DNA of 63,432 bases, filler included, from Octopus bimaculoides (lineage: Eukaryota), in NCBI RefSeq assembly GCF_001194135.2. It is 4 parts of 4 records of this genome, joined end to end, with 100 filler letters (N's around TTAATTAATTAA, not from the genome) between each part and the next. Parts side by side here need not be neighbours in the genome. Positions count along the whole stretch, not along the records: positions 33,797 to 56,120 come from NC_068989.1; positions 56,221 to 63,432 come from NC_068981.1; 2 more parts are not named here. The stretch is one strand, 5' to 3'. Below are positions 53,498-63,432 of the stretch, one piece after another. The notes beneath the pieces are model-generated. The model worked only from the letters and a program-made list of their open reading frames with translations, made no database searches and was not told the DNA's origin. The position numbers were made by a program, and so were the translations under genes. Each line of letters opens with the position of its first letter. The stretch's first letter is position 1.

Positions 53498-55124
53498 AAA
53501 TCAGTTATTATATCCATGTCTCTTTCAAGCAGCATGAGAGTGAATTTACATCAACCAAGAAACCTAATCATAATATCTGCTAGATAGGAGTCTACTAAAT
53601 TATAATTAGATATTAATTCCTTATGTAAGGAAAAATTGAGATTAGGTGATATCTAGGTTTTCTCACAAGCTATTAGTACATGAACACTGAAATGGCCAGA
53701 AAATCAAGAATCAAAAGAAGAATGAAATTTCAACATGCTTGAGGGAGACTCAAGAAGACATGGGGTGAAGTACTGAAGGCCAATCTCAAAATGCTGAGCC
53801 TTACGAAAGAGATGACAGAAGACTGAGATATGTGGTGCATTGTTGTGCTCAAGAAAACCTCCCACCACAAGAGAATTGAAATCATAAAACCAAGGTGCCA
53901 TGTAAAAAGCATTGGTGTGAGTGCTGGTGCCAACTAAAAGGCACCCAGTACACTCTGTAAAGTGATTGGCATTAGGAAGGACAACCAGCTATAGAAACCA
54001 AGCCAAAACAGACTATAGGATCCTGATGTAGCCCTTGTCCTTGCCAGTTCCTGACAAGCTGTCCAACCATGCCAGCATGGAAAATCATGATGTATATATA
54101 TATGTGAGTGTTGTGTATATGTGTGCATGTGCACATGTAAAATTTATTTAGTGAAGTTCATAATCTGGATATGTTTAAAAGCCATGAAGTGTTGGGAATT
54201 TTTATATTTCAAAGAAAGTTCTTCTTTTAATTCTTCGCGCATGTCAAAATTCTCATACAAACAGTAATTTATAAAATCTACTCAACAAAGACAACTTTAT
54301 GCAGTAAGTATTGAATGCTGATCACTCATTTCATTTTCATATTATTGAGACATGCAGTGGATAATGTGTTTACTAAAGATAAGAAAGTCTAATGGCACTG
54401 CAGAACAAAAAGTTCTTAATACTTCCTAATATCTATTCCTTCAATACATGTATGCCTCTCTGTCTTTATCAGAAATAAGGTGCAAAGCCACTTTCACAGG
54501 CTTTCTAGCATTGTTAAAGGTGTTACAAGTGATGTTGAGTTTTCACATTTCTGAGTCAAAGTCTGCTGGAAAAATGTGGTCAGAGAATTCCAGAGGGTCA
54601 ACACTCAGGGAATACATAATTGGATAAAGATGTTAGTGCAAGGTAAGAAGAAAAACAAAAATACCTTGTGTATTATGCATATATGCTATGCATAATGCAC
54701 AAGACATACTTTTGTCTTTCATCGTGCCTTGCACTATGCAGGTGCAGGTATGCCATATAGGTGAAGGCATGGTTGGGTGGTTAAAAAAATTTGCTTTCCA
54801 ATCACAAGCTTTCAGGTTTAGTCCTACTGCATGGGCAAGTGTCTTTAGCAGGTGCCTTCTGTTATAGTCCTGAGCCTTGAGAGGGATTTGGTGGATGGAA
54901 ACAGAAAAAAACCATTATCTTTCATCTTTTACCTCTTTCAGTCATTGGACTCTGGCCATGTTGGGACACTATCTTCAAGAGTTTAGTTGAACAAATCAGC
55001 CCAAGAACTTATCTTTTGAATCTGATACTTATTTTATCAGTCTCTTTTGATGAACTTCTATTTATAAACAAACAAACACTGGTTGTCAAACAAGGGAGGG
55101 GGACAAAGATGCACACACATGTGC

Positions 55125-55281
55125 AGGTGTGGCTGTGTGGTAAGAAGCTTGCTTCCAAGCCACATAGTTCTGGGTTCAATCCCACGGCATGTCACCTTGG
55201 GCAAGTGTCTTCTACTATAGCCTCAAGTTGACCAAAGGTTTGTGAGTGGATTTGGTAGACGAAAACTTAAAGAAGCCTGTC

Positions 55282-55317
<36 letters not shown>

Positions 55318-55525
55318 TTGTGTTTGTTTTGTCCCCTCACTGTTGTTAGACAACTGATGTTGGTGTGTTTCAGTCCCTGTAACTTAGTAGTTTGGCAAAA
55401 GAGACTGATAGAATAAGTGCTAGGCTTACAAAGAATAAGTTCTGGGGTTGATTTGTTCAACTAAAGGCAGTGCTCCAGCATGGCTGCAGTCAAATGACTG
55501 AAACAAGGATAAGAATAAAAGAATA
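55125..55525 (+). mobile_element. SINE family A, full copy
   Basis: Head, internal (TA)n and tail all present. Confidence 0.88.
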
Positions 55526-55614
55526 TGAGATTTGTCTCTTCTAATATATATTATATCAGAAAAGCTGAAAAATATTCACTTCTCAAATTTTCTTTCAACA
55601 CATTTCTCCTCTGG

Positions 55615-55800
55615 CATTCATGCACACTAACATGACACATCTAACAAAGCATACTGGCTTTCTTTCTAGCCTATGCATGTCCTCTGCATTCAGAGCTCAC
55701 ATCTCACTACTATGTACCATTGCTATTTGCACACAAGCATCATACACTCTGCCTTTCTCTCTCAGTAACAAACCTTTTGTTACCAACAGAGGTAAAAGCA
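55615..55800 (-). mobile_element. Small RTE LINE fragment
   Basis: Reverse-complement similarity to 51420-51600 and 63290-63432. Confidence 0.65.
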
Positions 55801-55896
55801 GTTCTATATTAAAGAGATGAGGATTTATGTACATTTGTTGTCATCTTGTTTGTTGTTAACACAACGTTTCGGCTGATATACCCTCCAGCCTCCATA

Positions 55897-55990
55897 TGGC
55901 GTAGTGGCTAAAAGCACAGGCTACTAACCTGAAGATTCCGAGTTCAATTCCAGGCAGTAACATGAATAACAACAACAACAACAATAATAA
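55897..55990 (+). mobile_element. Very short tRNA-like SINE or tRNA pseudogene with (AAC/AAT)n tail
   Basis: TGGCGTAGTGGCTAA..CAGG CTACTAA CCTG..GAGTTCAATTCC; no complete acceptor stem. It truncates the hammerhead repeat at 55892. Confidence 0.6.
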
Positions 55991-55995
55991 TGAGA

Positions 55996-56120
55996 GAGGC
56001 AAGTGAAATCGAAATCAAGTTAAATTGGACACTAAACTCCACTTGCGAAGACCTGTTGAGGCAAGTGAAATCGAAATCGAGTTAAATTGGACACTAAACT
56101 CCACTTGCGAAGACCTGTTG
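55996..56120 (+). repeat. 62-bp tandem repeat (2 copies plus start of a third) running into a gap
   Basis: GAGGCAAGTGAAATCGAAATC..CTTGCGAAGACCTGTT at 55996 and 56058. Confidence 0.9.
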
Positions 56121-56220
56121 NNNNNNNNNNNNNNNNNNNNNNNNNNNNNNNNNNNNNNNNNNNNTTAATTAATTAANNNNNNNNNNNNNNNNNNNNNNNN
56201 NNNNNNNNNNNNNNNNNNNN

Positions 56221-56620
56221 CACGCACAGCACATTTCCATATATATATTTACTTGGAGAATGGAGCAACAAATACAAGAAAAAGCATTTTCGTTGGACTA
56301 GATAGCCGTTGTTTTATTATGTGGAGCTTGTGAAATGAGTCAGTGTGGAGGTTTAGGTTATGTAATGAGTCATTTTGTATATTATGTCATAGTCACTTAC
56401 GTATGTTTCGATCAAGCCCGTGGTTTGGCCGATCTCTTCAGAGTGTTGAAGGGTATATTCGAAGTTTGTGGTGTGCGAAATGTAGGAGAAGTAATTAGTG
56501 GGTGTAATATATGTGGTGGTGTGATAGTGGTGATAGGTAAATAGAGCCTTACGTTTTAGTTGTTGCGTTAGTCTTCTTGTAAGGAGATATAGGGTGGGTG
56601 CTATTTAAGAACATTTATAT
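56221..56620 (-). mobile_element. Penelope-like element fragment; similar remnants at 20780-21075 and 27305-27565
   Basis: Carries a hammerhead motif and has strongly G/T-skewed antisense composition; class inferred, no intact ORF. Confidence 0.45.
56394..56445 (-). ncRNA. Type I minimal hammerhead ribozyme in a Penelope-like element end
   Basis: Minus strand reads CACT CTGAAGA GATC-GGCCAAACCACGGGCTT-GATC GAAA C ATAC GTA AGTG: stem I CACT/AGTG, core CUGAAGA, stem II GAUC/GAUC, GAAA, 2-bp stem III and a GUA cleavage triplet. Confidence 0.72.
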
Positions 56621-56884
56621 ATATATATACACACACACACACACATAGATATAGGTATAAGTGCCAATGCATGAAACTCTCAGCTCTTGAGTCATTCTAT
56701 TGCTTCTGCTAAATATTAATAAAAATATATATATCATGGGTGTGTGGTAAGAAATTTACTTCCCAGTCACATTGCTCAAAATTCAATCCCACTGCATGGT
56801 ACCTTGGCAAGTGTCTTCTACTACAGCCTCGGGCCGACCATAACCTTGAGTTGACTTGGTAGATATAAACTGAAAGAAACCTAT

Positions 56885-56951
<67 letters not shown>

Positions 56952-58479
56952 TGTGTGTCTTTGTGTCCATGTTTGTCCCCCGCTACCGCTTGACAACCAA
57001 AGTTGGTGTGTCCATGTCCCCATAACTTAGTAGTTTAGCAAAAGAAACTGATAAAATAAGTACCAGACTTTAAGAAATAAGTCCTAGCTTTGACTTGTTT
57101 GATAAAAACCCTTCAAGGTGGTGCCCCAGCATGGCCGCAGCCAAATAACTGAAACAAGTAATAAAAGAAAATATATGTGTGTGTGTATCTATCTGCTATT
57201 TAATTCATCAAAAGTATTTCATATTATTAGTTATGGGAACTATAAAAAGAATAGATATTCAGAAAAGGTACTAAAAATATGTAAATTCTCTCTTACAAAT
57301 ACACCTGATAGAACATCTGAATTCTTAAGATTTATTCTTGTATTTTAAGCCAATAGCATGGCATAATGAATGTATGTAAATTTAACATTTGGATGAACTT
57401 TGAATATCTTAATTTAGGAAGACGTGTATAGGATTTCAATTAAGCAAAAAATTTTGAAACTACAAGAAGTCTTGAAAAAACACGTTCCTGAGTCATAACG
57501 GCATGCAATAGGTAGCTACATGGAATGGTCAGATTTGACAAAAGGAAATTTGTTTCTTAATATGGCAGTCCCATGTAAAAGCAATATAGTGTATGAGGTC
57601 ATGTAAGGTTCTATACAGGGCTAATATCCTAAAAAGTTGGCACTGCACTCAAGCAGATGGATCGTGATCAGGTCTTTGACATCTGCTGAAAAAAGCAGAG
57701 AATACTACATCAGGAATTTGGCCAAAGCGATCGAAGTATGCCTGAGTTGAGAGCAATGAAAGGTTATCTTCCTAATAGAAGAAATGAAAGTACTGCTGCA
57801 CATTGCTAATTGTTATTTGACAGGGTATTATTGTGAATAAAAGAAGGAAAAGTGTGTATTGTAAGAAGGAAAGTACCTATTCACTCTTTGGTAGTATAAA
57901 TGCAACCTGACGTTAGTCGAGTGATATTGTCAGACGTTGCCAAAGTCAGTGATCTCCAATTGACAGCTGATAAAGAGAATGTCCCGCAGCATAATCTGAA
58001 TGGACATTATGATTGTGCACGTACACTTAGATAAAAATTAAGAGTATATATTATTTATATACACTCCTTTTTGTTTTAAATTTCCAAAGCATTTAATATA
58101 ATATATAATGATTTTTGTATTTATAACTTTTTTTTTCTAAATAATTCATATGAAGCAGATCTGACTCTTATTTTTCTTTTCTTTCCATTAAGCTCAAAAC
58201 AAAATTAAAAAAAACCCAGCGTAGAAGATTACGTGATTTTCAATAAAAATAATCACAACAATGATAATGCTTAATTAATAACAAAATTATGGATTTTGCT
58301 TTCCTGACATGAAATTAGCGAATAAAAGAATAGAAAGAATGACACCTGCGCTCGATGAACGTCAAAAACTGTTCTATGATATCGTTCATAGTTAATTGTT
58401 ATGATGAAAAAATAAACATCATTTCAATATATATTTGCTTTTGGGTTTTGGGGCGTAAAAAATAATATTGTAACGTTCC

Positions 58480-58627
58480 TAGTTTTTTAATGGATTACAC
58501 TTAATCGAAAATCATCGTCTCATAGAAGTTTGCAACTAATCATTCTAGTTTACGTCATCGGCCGTCTTTGTTGTAGTTGGGCAGTGAAGGACTGTGCACC
58601 CCTGGTAAACAGTGCTTGCTAAGGTAG
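58480..58627 (+). promoter_or_regulatory. Probable promoter and non-coding first exon of a plus-strand gene running out of the window
   Basis: Local GC/CpG rise, TTACGTCA (CRE-like), and a tandem donor AAG|GTAG|GTAAGA at 58624/58628, followed by AT-rich intron-like sequence. Confidence 0.5.
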
Positions 58628-59082
58628 GTAAGAGACTTTAAATTCATCCTTAAAATTACTAATATTCTATTGATAATTCTTCCTTCTCGTTTTGTTTTTA
58701 ATTTCGATAATATCAAATTCTAATTGTCTTAAATATAAATTTTTTTATTATCTCTTCGTTAGATGTTATGACATTCTCTACAAGCCATGTGCTTGCACTT
58801 GAATGGGGAAAATGACTCCCACGTTCATAATTTTCTTTAACCTAATCTGTTTTTACAATTGATTATCTTATAAATTATAATGTCTTATTTTTTTAAAAAT
58901 ATATATTTCGGAAATATTTATATATCCGTTATCTAAATATGGCTCCAATATTTTAATTGCTAGTTTTTTTCTCTTTTTTATATAAGCAATAGATATACAT
59001 ATATATCTGTACAATGTCTTAAGTTATGCATAAGGTTACGATAAATCATTTCAGATTAAATTAGCTTTTAAATAGATAATAG

Positions 59083-59138
<56 letters not shown>

Positions 59139-62100
59139 CACACATACAAAATATTAAAGCAGATGTTAAATGTGTGATGTATAAACACCTAATAGACAAA
59201 ATTTTAACATATAATCGCTTAATGTTTTAATCCATAAAATATGTAAGAATTTTCATTCGGATAATTTTCGATCGTAGATATTTGTGACTGCATCCCTTTT
59301 GGCCTAAACTAATCGAACGACGTTAAGACGAATGGCCCTACGCTTCTTGATGTGTTCCGCTCCTGCAACACACGGCAATCAGTCATTGTTTCATCCCTTC
59401 GCTTTAATTCGGACAATTCTTTATCTGATTCATTTGATTTCATTCGATTATTTAAACTATTTTCCAATATTCGTAATTTTTATATATGAATAATTTTGTA
59501 TCATAGTACTGTGACCTCAAATATATATACATACATATATATATATGTATATATGTATGTATGTATATATAAAATCGAGTTTGCGGTAATTATGTGTTAA
59601 AGAGGTTTTCTTAGCGAAAAGAAATTGTGAAATTTAAATTAATTTTATTTTAATTTTACTTAGAAAATAAGGGATTTTTAAATATAAATTCAAATGAAAT
59701 ATATAACGTTGTGTTTTAAATCAGTAACGATTTATACTAAATATTAATTATTAAATGTATAGAGGGGAGGAGTGCTTTATTTATGTATTTTATTTTAAAA
59801 TGCAAGTCCATTTCCTTCTCTTTTAATTNNNNNNNNNNNNNNNNNNNNNNNNNNNNNNNNNNNNNNNNNNNNNNNNNNNNNNNNNNNNNNNNNNNNNNNN
59901 NNNNNNNNNNNNNNNNNNNNNNNNNNNNNNNNNNNNNNNNNNNNNNNNNNNNNNNNNNNNNNNNNNNNNNNNNNNNNNNNNNNNNNNNNNNNNNNNNNNN
60001 NNNNNNNNNNNNNNNNNNNNNNNNNNNNNNNNNNNNNNNNNNNNNNNNNNNNNNNNNNNNNNNNNNNNNNNNNNNNNNNNNNNNNNNNNNNNNNNNNNNN
60101 NNNNNNNNNNNNNNNNNNNNNNNNNNNNNNNNNNNNNNNNNNNNNNNNNNNNNNNNNNNNNNNNNNNNNNNNNNNNNNNNNNNNNNNNNNNNNNNNNNNN
60201 NNNNNNNNNNNNNNNNNNNNNNNNNNNNNNNNNNNNNNNNNNNNNNNNNNNNNNNNNNNNNNNNNNNNNNNNNNNNNNNNNNNNNNNNNNNNNNNNNNNN
60301 NNNNNNNNNNNNNNNNNNNNNNNNNNNNNNNNNNNNNNNNNNNNNNNNNNNNNNNNNNNNNNNNNNNNNNNNNNNNNNNNNNNNNNNNNNNNNNNNNNNN
60401 NNNNNNNNNNNNNNNNNNNNNNNNNNNNNNNNNNNNNNNNNNNNNNNNNNNNNNNNNNNNNNNNNNNNNNNNNNNNNNNNNNNNNNNNNNNNNNNNNNNN
60501 NNNNNNNNNNNNNNNNNNNNNNNNNNTTATCGTCCAAATAGGATTGGCATTATCTAGCTATTCAATAAAATAAATGAATTCGTCGCTTGTGTATATGTAT
60601 TTAAGTCATCTATATACTCTGCCACATATAATCAATCTTATTGTTTTCTTCAATTCATGGTTTCTGCTGAAGCCACTTCATCTTCGATGAGAGATGAGTA
60701 AATATGTGAATGAATGCAGAATATCGATCTAAAGTCGGTGGCTTTCAGTAATCAGAGTTCGAGTATTCAAATAATTCTTGAAAATATTTTCCACAGTGCC
60801 ATTTATGTCAACAGTCTTTGCTTTACACACCTTTTGTTTATACTGGTTTAATTTAATGCCATTTAAGTAAATATTTTTCTACGTTTTTAATGTAAAATTC
60901 AGTAGTGCTTCATTTTTTTATTTTTAGTTTAGCATTACATGAAATGATTTAGTAGATATTTTGAATCTGTATTGATCTAACTACCAATTAATAGATTTCA
61001 CTGTTTTTATGATAATATATTTTTCCTACTATTCATAGTAAAGTAATTAACTCATGGAATATCTTGTCATCAAACACCCGCAAAAAAAAAAAAAAAGAAG
61101 ATTAATTGCTACAATATGTATTGAGTAAATGTATGATGCTTTGGCTTCTGAAAATTCATAGACCTTAAAGATGAAATGTAAAATGAGAAAGAAAACAGTT
61201 AACCTCTTTTTGTAAATAATATCTTAGATAAAGTGTGAAAACAGTTTAGAAGTTGAAGAAGCATAACAAAGAAGGCTAGGACAAGACTGACAATTTTGCA
61301 AAAGCAATTGTGTATTCTGTATTAGATTGCATAAGGAAAATTCTGTTTCAAGTAGAGGCGCATTTTCCTATAAAATCTAAAGCGTCTTTTAAATTAAATA
61401 AATGTAGATAAGCTTCGTGTGATTAATGTGGTGAAATTTGGTGTCTAATGAAGAATTACATTGTAGTACTGAGTTTTATTGGGGTGAGGGACAGTCATTG
61501 AATTAAAGAAATTACATATGTTTTGTGCGAGATTTGGGTAAATTGACTGTTTTGTTAAGAACGAAGCGTCAGTTTTGGGTCGAAATGGTATACATGTGCC
61601 AATTTCTGAAAAACGAAGTCTGTTATGATTTAAGATGCAGAGAAATAGCGCGGCAGTATATCAGATAATGAAGGTTTAATAGGCAGATAACTTTCTTCTG
61701 AACATGGCCCTCTAAGATATTAAGTGATTGAAGGTCATGCACCTTCTCTGACGAACTGTCACTAACATTTATTGAGAAATACTTGAGAAAATAACTGAGA
61801 AATACTACAAATATAAAACAAATATTAATCTTTTTTGTTTTGTAAAGATCTCAATCATTAAGATTAATTTAACTGAGCTGTCATAATAATGTTTGTTAAT
61901 TGATCAAGTAATATAATTCGTTTGTTTTTATTTACTCTTTTACTGATTGTAGTCTTTGAACCGTCCAACTAGGGCTCAATCTTGAAACGTTTTTAATCGA
62001 TTGTATTTATCCCAATATTTATTTCAGTTTAGTACTTATTTTGCCGGTCTGTTAAAGGACATAAAGGATACATAACATTTGTTTTTTTTAGACTGATGTA

Positions 62101-63059
62101 AACATAAACATACTCGCGCGCGCATACATGACAGGTTTCTGCACAGTTTCCATCTAATAAATTCCTCTTACAAGACGTTGCTCAACTTCAAGATGTACTA
62201 GAATACACTTGCGCAACTACTGTGAATCCTAGTTAAGATAACTTGGCCGTCACTATGCAGCAGAATATATCTTTAATTCTTACTGTCAATTTGGATATTA
62301 AACACTTTCTTTGATATCCAAATCTTCGAGAATTATTTAATATCAGTGACTGTTTATCAAAGGTGTAAAACATTGTTATTCCATGTTCTAAAGAAAGTCC
62401 CCTCCTAAAGAAACAATATAAATGATACTTTTTCTTATGACTAGTATGAACATAAACATTCACATACACTCAAACTTGACAGATTCCTACAATTTCATTG
62501 TCATCATTTTACGTCTACTTTGCCATGCTTGCTTTGGTCAGACAGAGTGTACTGATATAGATTTTCTGTGGCCAGATGTCCTTCCTGTCACTCACTCTAA
62601 CCTGTTTCCAAGCAAGGTAATATTTCCCATGGCTAGGCATATTCTCACTGAATATTGGAAATTAATGATACTGCTTGTATGACAGTGACAATCATTTTTG
62701 CAACTAGTATGCAATGTCAAGGCAAGGAGACAAATACATACACATGATGGGCTTCTTTCAGTTTTCATCTACCAGGTCCACTCAAGGCTTTGGTTAACTT
62801 GTTGCTATAGACACTTGCCCAAGATGCTCTGCAGTGGGACTGAACTTAGACTCATGTGGTCTGGAACCAAATTCCTTAGCATACAACTATGCCTGCATCT
62901 ATCCATTTACTAATTCCATTCACAAAAGCTATTGTTCAACTTGAAGCTGAAGTCAAGCATTGTCAGCCAAGGTAGCATATGGTGGGACCAAATCCCAAAC
63001 CACTTGGTTTTGAAAGCTATGCTTCTAAGTTAAAGTGACTAGGAATAAAACTCACAATA

Positions 63060-63432
63060 TACATGTGGTAGGTGAGCATTCCAAAGGCAGATTAACTACA
63101 AAGTTAGTTTTTGTATGTGGCAGATGTTCAGGTGCAATAAACACTGTAAACAAACAGGAAACAACTTCTATCTCATTCCAGGGAGAAAAACTAGAGGTAG
63201 TTGATAGCTTCCGCTATCTGGGTGACCAAGTTAGTAGTGGGGGTGGGTGCGCTGAAAGTGTAACCACTAGAATAAGAATAGCCTGGGCCAAGTTTAGAGA
63301 GCTCTTACCTCTGCTGGCGACAAAGGGACTCTCACTCAGGGTAAAAGGCAGACTGTATGACGCATGTGTACGAACAGCCATGCTACATGGCAGTGAAACA
63401 TGGGCTGTGACTGCTGAGGACATGCGTAAGCT
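63060..63432 (+). mobile_element. RTE-clade LINE 3' fragment running off the window end
   Basis: SFRYLGDQVSSGGGCAESVTTRIRIAWAKFRELLPLL..GRLYDACVRTAMLHGSETW. Confidence 0.88.

Noticed and set aside
55897-55960. Possible tRNA gene (anticodon loop CTACTAA)
   Set aside because: No complete acceptor stem and a simple-repeat tail; SINE or pseudogene. The same applies to the SINE heads at 33310-33372 and of family A.
59290-59315. CCTTTTGGCCTAA resembling the U2 snRNA 5' region
   Set aside because: Similarity stops after about 10 nt; no branch-pairing or Sm sequence.

Overview
AT-rich, microsatellite- and repeat-dense eukaryotic genomic DNA with N gaps. It is probably an octopus (coleoid cephalopod) scaffold, inferred from the SINE families and simple-repeat load and not verified by search. 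The main host feature is a minus-strand multi-exon gene. Five exons with GT-AG boundaries and compatible phases (53169-52432, 45977-45786, 44445-44110, 43327-43204, 38829-38606) join into a 538-codon reading frame. It encodes an Asteroid/FAM120-like XPG/FEN1-type PIN nuclease that keeps all seven FEN1-equivalent acidic residues. A candidate last exon at 8766-8504 carries a degenerate C2H2 finger, but the linking exon(s) were not found. There are promoter-like motif clusters at about 58.2-58.6 kb (probably divergent), 46.1-46.3 kb (inside an intron) and 36.0 kb. The rest is mostly decayed mobile DNA: several tRNA-derived SINE families, RTE and R4/Dong LINEs, two Tc1 copies, a hAT remnant, two MITEs and Penelope-like fragments. 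Several Penelope-like fragments carry hammerhead-ribozyme motifs, one of them well formed (56394-56445, minus). A CpG-rich block (27.7-33.7 kb) sits exactly between two marked scaffold joins and may be misplaced. No CRISPR array, rRNA or convincing tRNA gene is present. Repeat boundaries are approximate and were read by eye.
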